Below are positions 48,461-62,883 of a stretch of 64,000 nt of DNA, one piece after another. Numbering within the stretch: the first letter of the stretch is position 1; every line of letters begins with the position of its first letter. Under the pieces are notes generated by a model. It had not been told where the DNA came from. It worked only from the letters and a program-made list of their open reading frames with translations, and ran no database searches. Source of the stretch: Hypanus sabinus (Eukaryota); the NCBI RefSeq assembly GCF_030144855.1, contig NC_082715.1, positions 146,692,001 through 146,756,000 on the forward strand, given 5' to 3'. A program made the position numbers and the translations under genes.

Positions 48461-49511
48461 TGTTTTGAAGCATATTAAATTTATCCCTACATTTATTCCG
48501 ATATATTTCTGACCCTTTAAAAAAACAGAAAAGAACTATCAATTCGGAGTAGATTTCTCGTGAGAGTTTCTAACATTGATGCATAATAACTGATGGGCTA
48601 GATTGGTGTTGAAACACTAGAGTTGGACAAGGCATGCATAAGGAATGTGGAGGCATGTTGGCTAGGAGGTAGAATCAGTCATGGTCTTATTGAGAGGTAC
48701 AGCAGCCCCAAAACATTGGTATCTGGTTCCCATTCTGTAATCTGGGTGGGGGCAGCTTACTTTTTCAGTCAGTTCAAGAGCTACTTCTTAAAAGCCATGG
48801 TGGCCTAGGCAGAGTTATTAATACCCTCGAAGTGTTGTTCATCTGGGAAACTACACAAATAGACAGCTGGATGGGAGTGCATCAGCGGTAACTTGAGAAT
48901 CCACCATCTTGTGTGCCTTGTGTGGAGAGCAGCATAGAAATCATTCCCAATATCTAAAAAAATACGTGGCCTATTTCCATTTTAAAGTCTTGTTGAAAGT
49001 GATGGGAACACCTTTAACAGAAATACAATGCCATACAATTAAAGGATGGGTACTCTCTCCTAAAGATCCCAATGTGAAAGGCGATGTGAGGAAATAATAA
49101 TCATCTGTTGAAAATGGAAGAAATTATTAAATATTTGTATGTTAAAAGATAGCAAAAATTATTTTGTATGGTTAGAAGCAAGGAAACCTGTTTCAAATAT
49201 CTTCTGATGACGAATCATAGAAAATTCTCTTTACTGAAGGAGGCCATTTGCCCATCATACTTGTGCTGGTACAGTACCTGATGCATTGCCCTGCGGGTCA
49301 CTGTACTTTGAGTGATACCCATGTACTTTGTAAGTGTATTGAGAATTTCTTCCTCTACCCCCACCCTTTCAGACCGTGAGTTCCAAACCTCTACCACATC
49401 TGGGGTGATATAATTTCCTTGATCTGCCCTCTAATCCTCCTATCAATAGATCCACACTGCTCCCACCCCCATGCTTGACTCCTCTGCTAAAAGTAAGTGG
49501 TCTTTGTGGTT

Positions 49512-49680
49512 ACAAACGCAAGAGGTTCCGCAGATACTGGAAATCCAAGGCAACACACGGAAAACGCTGGAGGAGCTCAGGCAGCCTCTATGGAAATGAG
49601 TGAAGAGTGAACATTTTGGGCCGAGGCACCTCGTCAGGACTGTTTATTCATTTCCATAGACGCTGTCTCACCTGCTGAGA
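49512..49680. repeat. Fold-back Penelope-tail mini-element
   Basis: Reverse tail joined to a forward tail around cctcgtcaggactg (reverse complement cagtcCTGACGAgg). Confidence 0.6.
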
Positions 49681-50129
49681 TATTGATTGATATTTTATTT
49701 AAAGATACACAGCAAAATAGGTCTTCTGGCTCAATGAGTGGTGCACCCCTCACCCCCGGCAGCTACCCACCTATTTAAACCTAATCTAATCACGGCACAA
49801 TTTATAAAGACCCATTAATCCACTATCCAGTACATATTAGTCTTGAGTGTTCTGTGGACGTGAACAACATGATCCGTTCTCCATCTCCATTTTTGTGTAT
49901 TCCCCGATCTAAATTGCTTTTGTCATTTGTCTATTCAACAGATCAGTGGCCTAAAGTTTCCCCTTTATTGACAACCAAACCTCTAAATTTGCATCATTTA
50001 GGAATCAGTCTGTCTCGGCTTGATTTGAAAGTTATTACAAACATGCCTTCTGCAAAATGGCTTATACAATAATTGGTTAATTTCTGCCTCGCAATAATTT
50101 TAATTAATGACTATCCTGGAACCCACGTC

Positions 50130-50585
50130 TACCCAGTGGCCCCTTTATTAAGTACTTCCTGCAGCAAAAAGTGGCCACTGAGTGTATATTCGTAAACTTC
50201 TGCTGCGGTAACCAATCCACGTCGACGTGTAGTGCGTTCAGAGACGCTCTTAACGCGCACCTGTTGTAATGCGGGGTTATTTGAAAAATTTTCACCTCCC
50301 AGTCGGTTTGAACTACTCTGGCCGCCCACTCTTCTCAGACTCCTCTCGTTAACAAGGTACTTTCTCCTCACAGAACTGCCCGTTGCTAGATGTGTTGCGT
50401 TTTTTTTTGCACCAACGAGTAAACACTGGAGAACGTTGTTTGTGAAAGTCCCAGGAGATCAGCAGTTTTTGAGATATTCAAAGCACCCCGACTTGCGCCA
50501 ACAATTATTCCAAGGTCAAAGTCACTTAGATCATACTTCTTCTCCATTCCGATGTTTGATCTGAACAACAACTGAATCTCTTGAT
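50130..50585 (-). mobile_element. Tc1-like DNA transposon remnant
   Basis: Reads MEKKYDLSDFDLGIIVGASRGALNISKTADLLGLSQTTFSSVY (Tc1 transposase N-terminal HTH). TIR-like cagtggcccctttattaagtac at 50134. Confidence 0.8.
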
Positions 50586-52068
50586 CAAACAGTCGACGTC
50601 TCGGTCGGAAATATCGACTGTTTACTTTTTTCCATAGACGCTGCTTCGTTTGCTGACTTTGTGCATGTTACTTAGATTTCCGGCATCTGCAGATTTTTCT
50701 CGTGTTCGAGGCTGCATAATTAAGCCGCTAACATAATGCTTGAGATCAGAATGCTGGAAGCCCCTCTCTGAGCTGGCTGGGGTAGAAGCTGTAATTCGTG
50801 GCACATGATTCACCCTGGTACTGCCTGTGCCTTGAAGAGAAAACGATGATGTCATTATGCACAAGTGGAGTAGAAGTAAAGAGTTGCAAAAACAACGTCG
50901 AATGCTAGTCGTATGGTGAGGAAATGCGCAAAATATTTGATGATATCCATGTAAATTCGTTTACATGTTTGTAAATCTAGAATATCGGTAATTTGACATG
51001 TTTTACATACGGATGCTTGAGAGTTTCGCGAGTAAGGTGTCGGCGCTGGATAGCGTGGTCGTGCAAAGTTCCTTATCGGCCTAGTAACGTGAGCAAGGAG
51101 AATTCATTTCAGGGTCTAACCTGCATGTGTTTGGAAGTTAAGCACGTGTGTGCCAATATCTTACTTACGATGATATGTATTTATTATTATTTTTGATGTA
51201 GTCTATAAGGTACAGGATTGGTGGGATTCTAATGTTGTTTGTACATTTTTTTTTAGAATTGCCACTACCGTATTGGTGTTGAATAGTTTGTTTTATTTAT
51301 TTTCATACTGCATGCATAACAAGGGTGTGGACCGAAATTAACCTGAGAACTGCTTTTTTTTAAGTCGTTTTGTCGTTTTTATTTTGATTCCCTCTTTCTG
51401 CCATAAATCATCTAAAACAAAGGAATTAAAGACCAGAAACGGTATTTGTTGTCCTTCGTGTGTATTTTTCCCCAGTCTACAAAATAATAACGTTGGTAAT
51501 CGAAAATTAAAACAGAAAATACTGGAATGCATGAGTTGAATAAGAAACGAACTAAACTTTTCAGACCGAAGTGACTGGCCAGCCTCTACTTAACCTCCAA
51601 TAGGCGAGGAGATCTTTTTTATGACATTCCAAGCCAACGGCCAAATACTGTATAGCGGTCTGCCATTTACAATGTTTAAAGAGGGTGTCAACCACCTGGC
51701 TCAGAGCTTTCAATTTTACACCACAGCTCCTCCTACCGTTCACAAGCATTAGCGCGGCCAACAGTTGCCATCACAGATTCGGATGACAGCATGACTTCAC
51801 TCCTGCAAGAAAATACATCTCTCCTCCCCCCACCCAACTAGCCGCTAGCCGTTGGCACACCAAGCAATTTGGGAAGGTTGTGATTAGTAAGAAAAGGGAA
51901 TGGGGTGGAGGAGTCTGTGTTGGGAAGAGGGAGGGGAGAGAAGGATTGGATGGAGAGGAAGTGTTGTTCATGGTATTTCTGGGACAGGAAGCACTTTGGA
52001 AGTTGGGACTTTGGGGGTAAAAGGAATGTGCTGGATGGGAAGATGAGCGAAGGGTGGTTTTCTGGAGA

Positions 52069-52208
52069 NNNNNNNNNNNNNNNNNNNNNNNNNNNNNNNN
52101 NNNNNNNNNNNNNNNNNNNNNNNNNNNNNNNNNNNNNNNNNNNNNNNNNNNNNNNNNNNNNNNNNNNNNNNNNNNNNNNNNNNNNNNNNNNNNNNNNNNN
52201 NNNNNNNN
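52069..52208. other. Assembly gap (N run)
   Basis: Run of n. Confidence 1.
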
Positions 52209-53023
52209 AGAAGGAAAGGGAACAAAGCGATGGAGTCTGGGGCAAAGGAGACAGGACAAAAATTACCATTAGTCGGTGAGAGGTAACTGCGGTTCGACCA
52301 CATAATGTCTTACACTTACACACATCTGCGGTAGAAACATCGCATTTGATTATTGTAATGCCGACAGCGATAAGACGTTACAGCCGATCCATCCAATAGG
52401 TAGCCAAATGATCAAGTGCAAACCTCAGGGTTCAATTGTCAGATTTGCTGGTATATTGAATGTGATATCTTCCTCTGCACTGAGACGTGTGGGCTCCGTC
52501 CCCTATATTAAATTTTAGAATATCGAAAGTTTTGTTATAGAAAGAAACTTCGTGAAGTGGTTCAAATTCGTGAGGAACGCATAGTAGTTATTAAATTGTC
52601 TGCCACTTCTAACTCTGGCGAATTAGTCACCTCTGCAGGCGTCGCTACAGACTCTGCACCTGTTCGGCTATCAACACTCACCACTCCCAGAACGTCACAG
52701 CAGAACCACTGAGTCTTTCCTTCCTGAATTTCGGAAGTACCGATCAACGACACGGAAAGATTTGACTGCAGTGAGTCAGAGAAGCAGTGCAAACTATTGG
52801 TAAAATACTTATCGTCGTCTGCACCGCTCAAGTCTCCGCCACCTGTGAGTCTGTGCGATATCCAACAGGTGGCAGTGTTTACTGAAATTTAGCCAAATCT
52901 GGCGCTGCTTCCGCCCTGCCTTCATAACAAAACGAACCGTTTTCATTCTATAAAATGAAAATGCAATACAAATTTTAAAAGTGAACAAACCTATAATCAG
53001 TTTACCAAAAACCTGTAATCGGT

Positions 53024-53165
53024 CACACAAAATGCCAAAAGAACTCAGCAGATCAGGCAGCATCTATGGAAAAGAGTAAAAAATCGATGTCTCGGCCTGA
53101 AACATCGACTGTTTACTCTTTTCCGTAGATGTCTGGCCTGCTAAATTCCTCCAGCATTTTGTTTG
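53024..53165. repeat. Fold-back Penelope-tail mini-element
   Basis: ggaaaagagtaaaaaatcgatgt...acatcgactgtttactcttttcc inverted arms. Confidence 0.7.
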
Positions 53166-54908
53166 TGTGTGTGTGTGTGTGTTTCTCTTGTTTGTAATCA
53201 GTTCGTGTTTGGCTGAGGTCTCTCCACTGCTTGGAGAGAGTGCCGAGTTTCAAAGCTGGGGTGGGAGTAACTGCCCCTCAAAGCTGTGTTTGATGGGTAT
53301 AGTATGAATGAATCCTATTTAACGAAGACAACGGGAATCAATGAGAAATCTCTCCACAGACTGATCATACGCTGGGTTAAAGCAAAGTTGTGGTTATTGG
53401 AAGTCACGACTTCAATTCACACCGCTGTAGCCAGCACTAGCCGAAGGGATTAATAGCGGGAGTCAAGACCTATGCGTTACCAGCATGGCTACGTATATCC
53501 GTCTACTTCCAAGTACTGCAGCTCGGCGTTAACACGGTGATTGCCTTTTGCACTTCTTACCAACAAGGTGAAGCAACTTCGTGTTCACGTGCTACTTGTG
53601 CTGTCGTCAGTAGCCGGTCTCCGTATGAAGGATCAAGGCACAACTTTATTCACCGCATATATTTACATGTATCAGGAACTTGCTGTGGTGTGTTGGTCAG
53701 GGTGCAACATGTAACAAAAATCAAAATTCAACAATTATAACGAATAAAGAAATAAATCTAGAGGTTAATATATATGCAACAAATGTGTGCAAGTACTTAA
53801 ATACCAGCATGCATTTACACCAATATAAAAAGTAGTTTAACATGTTGACAGTGCAGTGTAGTGGCAGGGGTAATAGATGGAGGGGGTGAGGCTAATTAGC
53901 GTGGCTGCTCAGATTAACTGTGAGGAATGGTGTGGTCTTTTGATTAAATAGCCCTATAATGTTTTCCAGAGGGGAGCTTTTGGAAAAGCCAGTATGCTGA
54001 GTGGGTAGTGTCTGCATTTACTTTTCCTGCCTCCTTCTTTGCCCTGGATACATACAAGTTCTGCAGTGATGGTGGGCACCTTATTCACATTCACATTAAG
54101 CAAGTAACTTTGGCCACCAGTCTTCACATCTGAGTATGGATTGTGGGTTTGATTTTAATGCCGCTCTGAATAGGTTCACAGACCAGGAAACAGGCACTTA
54201 GCTGACGGTCTGCATATGCAGGAGTCCAATCAACATTCCAATTCAATGGCTGCCACTCAGTAACGCTTGTTTTGGGTGTGTGATGACGGGAAGATTGTAA
54301 AATATGGGTCTGTTTGAATCGTCCTGAATTTTCTTTGTTCTGGACCACATAAAATGTGTGTAGTGCTACAGCCTTTTCCACAGTCTGCGTCTCCATATGA
54401 TGCCTGTTGTACCCTGTTTTGTCAAATAAAGAAGCTGCTTTGTATCTCTGAGTACTTTTCCCCCAGTGACTTCATTCATGCAACAACAAACAGCTTTTTC
54501 TGTTGGCCAGACAGTTTGCTGTAGTTTTCATAAATCACAAGAGAATGTTGCACCAAACCAAGCTGGTGGCTTGGTTTGAGGATGCTGTCTCTGAAGGCAG
54601 TGTAGAATTACACCAGTATGTCCTGGGGAAGGTGAAATGTTACCACCTACTGTTACAGAGAACCACGTATGGTGATGTAACAACTGAATCGCAGGTTGGT
54701 TGGTAAATGTTAACTGTATGTACCATTTAGATAGGGAACATAAATATTACATCAAGGAGCTATGGGAAGTTGAACACTGATGTAACGCAGGTTTGGAAAT
54801 CTACTTTGTGAGCATCAATTACATAAATTTACCTAGTTTTCATGAGTATGAGACAGAGTGTGAATGATCTGAAATATTTACATATGTCAGTACCTCCAGC
54901 TGAACTCT

Positions 54909-55341
54909 GTCTTATTGTGTCTTTTCCCCTGGCCGTCAGTCTGTGGTTTTGTATTGCCATGTGCTGTTGTTTTCATGCCCCGTGGCCGCTCCTGCTCTAC
55001 TCCGGCCCCTGTGTTACTGAGTACTCTGCCTTCTCATTATTTTCTGTTTTGCTGCCACTTCTCCACCTATCATCTGCCTCTCTGTTTATTGCTCATTTCA
55101 CTCCTGTGTTTTCACCTGTTTGTTGCCAGATTGTGCCAGTGAGTTTTCCTGAGCCTTTCCAGTATTCGTATCTGAACTCTGTCCATCCGAATATTGACTC
55201 TGCCTGTCACCCGATTCTGGTTTTTGGATTTCTCTGGAATTTTTGATCTCCACCTGAACTTTGACACTGACCTTGTTACCCCTCTGGATTTGCTACTCAG
55301 TAAATATCGCAGTGCACACAGTACTTGGTCTGAAACTGGGT
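54909..55341 (+). mobile_element. Possible solo Gypsy-type LTR
   Basis: Pyrimidine-rich LTR-like composition (cacctgtttg, ctgcctgtcacccgattctgg) ending in TGACA; 5' boundary uncertain. Confidence 0.35.
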
Positions 55342-56294
55342 CCCTGCTTCAGCACCCTGACACAGGGTTGACTTGGAAAAAAATATTTCATATTATGAGA
55401 AATCAAAACAAGCTGATTATAAGCACAAGAAATTCTACAAATAATGCTCTCAGCCCAAAATGATGACAGTTCCCCTCCACAGATGTGGTCTGACTTGCTG
55501 AGTTCCTCCTGCATTTTGTGCGTATTGCAAGAGAGATTAGGAGTCAATATGGATCAAAATTAATGAGGCATTTTTCTCAAAAGTGCAACTGAAAGTTACT
55601 GGATGTTTCCAGTAATGAAACACAGGAAAACAATTTCCCTACATTTCCTATTAATTAGTAGTCAGAGATAGTAACAGAGTTATAATGTTCATCTTTTATG
55701 ATGATCTTAAGAAATCTTAACACATGATTTAGCTGAAATAGCTATATGATAGGAAGTACTCATTTCATTCCTATTGCAAACCTTTAATTTCCAACACATA
55801 ATCTGGTCACCCGAGCCATTATTTTTGTAAAGACTAATCAAAAACTGTATTAACACATTGCAAATTATATGCCTAATGCTGTCATTTGTTCAAACAGCCT
55901 TCAGTGTTGCGTTCACCATCCCACCCACTGTTAAAATTGCAGTTACTGCACCTAAACCTTAATGCAACAGTTGACAATAAAAGGAAGCATTTTCATGATC
56001 TGCTTATCTCATCTATTTCTTTGAGTTACTTGGTCCAAGGAGTAAGTAAAGCTAGTCATTTGCCACATCTCCAATCATGTTTATCGGTTTCACTGAAGGT
56101 ACACGTCTTTGGCTTGAACAGTGCAGCTGCATGCTGGTGCTTTAATTAATGAATATTGCAGTCTGAATGCTGTTGTATATAACTTTTCAATCTTAATCAT
56201 TTTTTCCAAATTTCTGCTTCTATTTATAGTACAAAAGATAAAAGACAGCATGAAGCAAATGTAAGACTCACAGGGCCAAATACCTACAGATCTT

Positions 56295-59035
56295 ACCATA
56301 ACATATAACATAACCATATAACAATCACAGCACGGAAACAGGCCATCTCGGCCCTCCTAGTCCGTGCCGAACTCTTAATCTCACCTAGTCCCACCTACCC
56401 GCACTCAGTCCATAACCCTCCACTCCTTTCCTGTCCATATACCTATCCAATTTTAACTTAAATGACACAACTGGACTGGCCTCTACTACTTCGACAGGAA
56501 ACTCATTCCACACAGCTATCACTCTCTGAGTAAAGAAATACCCCCTCGTGTTTCCCTTAAACTTCTGCCCCTAACTCTCAAATCATGTCCTCTCATTTGA
56601 ATCTCCCCTACTCTCAATGGAAACAGCCTATTCACGTCAACTCTATCTATCCCTCTCAAAATTTTAAATACCTCGATCAAATCCCCCCTCAACCTTCTAC
56701 GCTCCAATGAATAGAGACCTAACTTGTTCAACCTTTCTCTATAACTTAAGTGCTGAAACCCAGGTAACATCCTAGTAAATCGTCTCTGCACTCTCTCTAA
56801 TTTATTGATATCTTTCCTATAATTCGGTGACCAGAACTGCACACAATATTCTAAATTTGGCCTTACCAATGCCTTGTACAATTTTAACATTACATTCCAA
56901 CTTCTGTACTCAATGCTTTGATTTATAAAGGCCAGCATTCCCAAAAGCCTTCTTCACCACCCTATCTACATGAGACTCCACCTTCAGAGAACTATGCACT
57001 GTTATTCCTAAATCTCTCTGTTCCTCTGCATTCCTCAACGCCCTACCATTTACCCTGTATGTTCTATTTGGATTATTCCTGCCAAAATGTAGAACCTCAC
57101 ACTTCTCAGCATTAAACTCCATCTGCCAACGTTCAGCCCATTCTTCTAACCGGCATAAATCTCCCTGCAAGCTTTGAAAATCCACCTCATTATCCACAAC
57201 ACCTCCTACCTTAGTATCATCGGCATACTTACTAATCCAATTTACCACCCCATCATCCAGATCATTTATGTATATTACAAACAACATTGGGCCCAAAACA
57301 GATCCCTGAGGCACCCCGCTAGTCACCAGCCTCCATCCCGATAAACAATTATCCACCACTACTCTCTGGCATCTCCCATCTAGCCACTGTTGAATCCATT
57401 TTATTACTCCAGCATTAATACCTAACGACTGAACCTTCTTAACTAACCTTCCATGTGGAACTTTGTCAAAGGCTTTGCTGAAGTCCATAAAGACTACATC
57501 CACTGCCTTACCCTCGTCAACATGCCTCGTAACTTCTTCAAAAAATTCAATAAGGTTTGTCAAACATGACCTTCCACGCACAAATCCATGCTGGCTACTC
57601 CTAATCAGATCCTGTCTATCCAGATAATTATTAATACTATCTCTAAGAATACTTTCCATTAATTTACCCATCACTGATGTCAAACTGCTATAATTGCTAG
57701 GCTTACTTCTAGAACCCTTTTTAAACAATGGAACCACATGAGCAATGCGCCAATCCTCCGGCACAATCCCCATTTCTAATGACATCGTAAAGATCTCCGT
57801 CAGAGCTCCTGCTATTTCTACACAAACTTCCCTCAAGGTCCTGGGGAATATCCTGTCAGGACCCGGAGATTTATCCACTTTTAAATTTCTTAAAAGCACC
57901 GGTACTTCCACCTCTTTAATCGTCATAGGTTCCTTGACTTCCTTTCCCACACCTTACACAATTCAATATCCTTCTCCTTAGTGAATACCGAAGAGATCAT
58001 TCAAAATCTCTCCCATCTCCCTCGGCTCCACACATAGCTGACCACACTGATTCTCTAAGGGGCCAATTTTATCCCTCACTATCCTCTTGCTTTTAATATA
58101 ACTGTAGAAACCTTTCGGATTTACTTTCACCTTATTTGCCAAACCAACCTCGTATCTTCTTTTAGCTTTTCTAATCTCTTTCTTAAGATTCCTTTTACAT
58201 TCTTTATATTCCTCGAGCAATTCCTTTACTCTATGCTGCCTATATCTATTGTAGACATCCCTCTTTTTCTGAACCAAATTTCTAATATCCCTTGAAAACC
58301 ATGGTGCTTTCAAACCTTTAACCTTTCCTTTCAACCTAACAGGAACATAAAGATTCTGTACCCTCATAATTTCACCCTTAAATGACCTCCATTTCTCTAT
58401 TACATCCTTCCCATAAAACAACTTGACCCAATCCACTCTCTCTAAATCCCTTCGCATCTCCTCAAAGTTAGCCTTTCTCCAATCAAAAATCTCAACTCTA
58501 GGTCCTGTCCTGTCCTTCTCCTTAATTATATTGAAGCTAATGCTATTGTGATCACTGGACCCGAAGTGCTCCCCAACACATACATCTGTCAGCTGACCTA
58601 TCGCATTCCCTAACAGGAGATCCAACACTGCCCCATCTCTAGTCGGTACTTCTATGTATTGTTGCAAAAAACTATCCTGCACGCATTTCACAAACTCTAA
58701 ACCATCCAGCCCTTTTACAGAATGAGTTTCCCAGTCTACGTGTGGAAAATTAAAATCTCCCACAATCACCACCTTGTGTTTACTACAAATGTCTGCTATC
58801 TCCTTACACATTTGCTCTTCCAACTCATGCTCCCCATTAGGTGGCCTATAATACACTCCTATCAGTGTTACTACACCCTTCCCATTCCTCAATTCCACCC
58901 AAATAGTCTCCCTAGAGGAGCTCTCTAATCTATCCTTCCAAAGCACTGCCATAAGATTTTCTCGGACAAGCAATGCAACACCTCCTCCTTTGGCCCCTCC
59001 TACTCTATCACACCTGAAGCAACTAAATCTTCAAA
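56295..59035 (-). mobile_element. Relatively young 5'-truncated CR1 ORF2 (EN-RT) split into three long frames
   Basis: ORFs 57978-58973 (GVYYRPP, VGDFNFP, SSDH), 56910-57950 ([34 protein letters not shown]) and 56519-56944; short tandem tail at 56295-56323. Confidence 0.95.
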
Positions 59036-59334
59036 GTCTCAATCCTATGAATGAATATTGATAGCTCCTATTAGGACAGTCACAGTGGCAATAACTCGAC
59101 ACATCTGTGTGAACTACAAGCAAATCTACCATTTGTTTGGAAATCAAATCCTGCTTTATTAATAAATAATATAACATTTCATCATCTGAAAGATTAACCA
59201 ATTTTAATGGACACCACTTGATAATTTTGATATGACCATTTTAATCTTCGAAGGCTGAAACTAAAAAGTATGTGATGTGCCACCACTGAAAATTTTTAAT
59301 TAATTATTTAATTAATTTTAGAAAATTACAAGAA

Positions 59335-60115
59335 TAAATGTGATGATAAAATAGTAAGAAATATAATATTAACCCTCCCCCCTCCCCTTAACCCTCCCCC
59401 CCCCTTAACCCTTGTCTAAAGAAAGAAAAAAAAAAGAAGAGAAAGATTGCCTGGATATCAGAGGATCCCCACATGCTCCATGGAATTCAAAATAATTTTA
59501 ATATTTATTTTTTTCTTTCCCCAATTACTTTATAATTTTATCTTCAAAGGACCTATGTATGTAATCCTATCTTTTGTAAGTATGGGAACCAAATTTTCAA
59601 AAATATATCATATTCATTTCTTAGATTGTATGTAATTTTTTCAAGTGGAATACAACAATGTATTTCATTATTCTAAATATAAATCAGATTTCCAAGTAAC
59701 TGCAATAACTTTTTTGGCTACTGCCAATGCAATTTTTATAAATTTTTTCTGATACTTATTCAATTTAAGTTTCGGTATTGTCCCTTCAATGTCTTCTAAT
59801 AAAAATAATACTGGACTTTGTGGGAGTTGTACTCCAGTAATTTGTTCCAATAAAAGTCTTAGATTTATCCAAAATGATTGAATTTTAAAACAAGACCAAG
59901 TAGAATGTAAAAAAGTACCAATTTCTTGATTACATCGAAAACATTGGTCAGACATATTTGAATTTAATCTATTCATTTTCTGTGGTGTTATATATAATTG
60001 ATGTAAAAAAATTATATTGTATTAATCTAAGTCGAACATTTATTGTATTTCTCATACTATCAGAAGATAATCTCCACCACTGAAATTTGATTACAATTCC
60101 AAACTTAAAAGTTAA
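59335..60115 (-). mobile_element. L1/Tx1-type LINE ORF2 C-terminus and 3' end
   Basis: SDQCFRCNQEIGTFLHSTWSCFKIQSFW...ALAVAKKVIAVTWKS. Confidence 0.85.
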
Positions 60116-61548
60116 ATTTTTTTAGCAAGATGGTGCTAGACATCTAACTGAATGAGATTAACACCAGGAACTATGTAGGGTTTACAATGTAGTGGAATTT
60201 CCAGTTATTTCACAGGAACATGATCAAAAAACATTCAGATGATGGTAAGTAAGGGGAAGACTTTTAAGCAGCATCTTCTGCAGGAGTAGGTTGGAGAAGC
60301 AGAGAACACGAGGAGGAAGAGAACAACTTTGCAGACCATCAACAAATCAGTTTGGTGATTTCACCATTTATGCATTAACATGTAACGTTTAATATCATTT
60401 TTGGAATTAATGATGTTGATATTTTTAGGACCTACTGCTCTCAGAAGAAACGAATGAGTTTCAGGAGTCAGGCAAACCAATGAGATCTGAACTGAAGCAA
60501 CTGAAAGGTAAAGTTTAGGAGAAATAGTGAGTGGAAATTGACCCGGCACTAAATAGGCCGTGATTGTGAATGTTAACTCTGCAGTGAATTATCTCATCAC
60601 TGTTACATGTCACACTATTTATTTCTGTAGTTTTTCCCTTTGTTGACTGCATGACCTATGTTCTGATAGTTTGGAACTGGTAATAAGCACTGCTGACTTT
60701 AAACTCATGGTTTGAAGTTAATTTGTGTCCATGTCACTTTTTGGGCTTCATACATCTTTCACTTTTTGGGCTTTATATTTAATATCCCACGGCCATTTTC
60801 AGATGTCAGAGGAGAAAGAACTCAGGCAAGGAGGTGACATGAGGATTAACTCAGACCTCATCCATCCAGTAACCATGTGGTATGATTGCTAGAGACCACC
60901 AATCTCCAAGAGGCAGAACCTGGGCACCAGCAGGGAAAAGAGCTACAGAAGGAAGGAAGAGGTGTGGTTTGGTTCATTGTCCTCTCCTGTTTGTCCCTGT
61001 ATAGGACAGGCAGCAGCTGCAAAGGCTATAGAAGACTCCCTAAGAGAGACTTTTTCATTTTGTTTGAAAAATTAAAATTCTCAGTATCACCAAGTTACAA
61101 CACTCCCTCCACCTCTGTATTCCAGTTGTTAGCATCAACACTGTACAGCAGGAAAGACCAGATAAGTTAGTGAGGTGACCTTTGGAGTTTCATGTGCAGT
61201 TCTGGTCACCAGTCTATGAGAAGGAGTGGAGGCTGTGGAGAAAGTAGAGGAGCAGTTTGCTAAAAAGTCACTCTGATTGGAGTGTGTTTACCACCAGGGC
61301 AAGTTGGGCAAATTTGGACTGTTCTTGCTGGAGCATCAGGGGCTGAGAGAAAATCTGATAGACATATGTAAAATTTTGAGAGCCCTAGGGAGTGTAGGTG
61401 GAATCTTTTTCACAGGATGGAAATGTCATCTACTAAAGGGCTTAGCTTTAATGCATTTTAAGCGATCTTGCAAGGTTTTAAATTAGGTGATTTATTTCAA
61501 AGTTGATCAATTTTTATTAATACGTATTATTAGAAATCAAGGCAGAGA

Positions 61549-61800
61549 TGAATAGTGTGGTAGTTAGTGCAAGATTTAACAGCGCTAGCTGTAAGGGTTC
61601 GATTCCTGTCGCTGTCTGTAAGCAGTTTGTACATCATCCCAGTGACTGTGTGGGTTTCTTCCACGTGCTCTTGTTTCCTCCTACATTTCAAAGGTGTATG
61701 GTTATGGTTAGGGTTAGTAAGTCATGGGCATGCTATGATGGCACTGGAAATGTTGCAACACTTGCAGGCTGCTCAGCGCCAGCCTCCCTCATTTGATTTG
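61549..61800 (+). mobile_element. tRNA-derived SINE (V-SINE/HE1-like)
   Basis: A-box-like tgtggtagttag, B-box ggttcgattcc, central domain gtttgtacat..cccagtgactgtgtgggtttcttccacgtgctc. Confidence 0.75.
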
Positions 61801-62720
61801 ATTTGACATTTATTTCACTGTAGATGTGACAATAAACCTAATTTCTCTTTCAGTGGAGTTCTCAAATATGATCTCACTGAATCGTAAAATAGGATTGGGC
61901 AGTTAACTGAGTGACTCTGGTTCAGAGATCCCGAGCTCCTCCATTCAATAACTTATGGTCTTTCTGTCTCTTGATTCCATCTTGATAACTTTTAAGTTCT
62001 GTATCACTTAATATACTCAATTTACAAAAATAATCTCACTATTGGAAATATTTTTTAAATAAAGTTCTACATTCCTAGCATTTACTATATTTAAAAAGCA
62101 CCTCTCAATTTTGATTCCTATTGAAAGTTAATGACTCTTTCTTCTAGGTTACACAAAATATTGAATCATTTGTCATAACTAGCACATCAGTGCTTCAAAT
62201 AGCTTAGTTTGATTCCATTCAATCTGTTGTTCTCAAAGGAACACTTGATGCCTAGTCACACCATAAATGTTACATTAATATTTCATGAGTATTTTCTTTT
62301 TTAATATTCTATGCTAATTCTCTAAATGTGGCATGTAACTGCCTATTGATTCTACTCATCAATCACTAAGAGCCCAGTAACCCTCTTTGACAACAGAGAA
62401 CCAAATTATCTGATCTTTTGCTTTCAGAGGATGTCTATCACAGGCTTGAAAATACTCAGGGACTCACTCAGAAATAGAAAATCCCAAAATTCACTCTGTT
62501 TAAAGAATGTTCTCCTAATAGCTCTTGTTTAGTTCCTATTTCTTTAGCAAGAGAAACTATATATTGTCAACTTTTCTCAGAATCCTGCAAAGCTCTAATA
62601 TGATTCTTATCCAGTATTGAATAACGCTTTAGTAGCACTTGTGTAAGCTTTTTGATTTTAGTATCTCCTTTCGTAAGCAAAAGTTTGACCATTACTGCTC
62701 TATCTAGTAACTGTCATGGG

Positions 62721-62883
62721 NNNNNNNNNNNNNNNNNNNNNNNNNNNNNNNNNNNNNNNNNNNNNNNNNNNNNNNNNNNNNNNNNNNNNNNNNNNNNNNN
62801 NNNNNNNNNNNNNNNNNNNNNNNNNNNNNNNNNNNNNNNNNNNNNNNNNNNNNNNNNNNNNNNNNNNNNNNNNNNNNNNNNNN
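62721..62883. other. Assembly gap (N run)
   Basis: Run of n. Confidence 1.

Noticed and set aside
49987-49994. Perfect octamer ATTTGCAT
   Set aside because: No leader, V exon or TATA nearby; several octamers are expected by chance in 64 kb of AT-rich DNA.
51771-52323. Long ORFs spanning 52069-52208 (and 62652-63051)
   Set aside because: Artefacts of translating N gaps as X.
52562-52831. 89-aa minus-strand ORF (…KTQWFCC…) as a possible Ig-like exon
   Set aside because: Lacks Ig-fold Cys/Trp spacing and starts at TTG; treated as a regulatory candidate instead.
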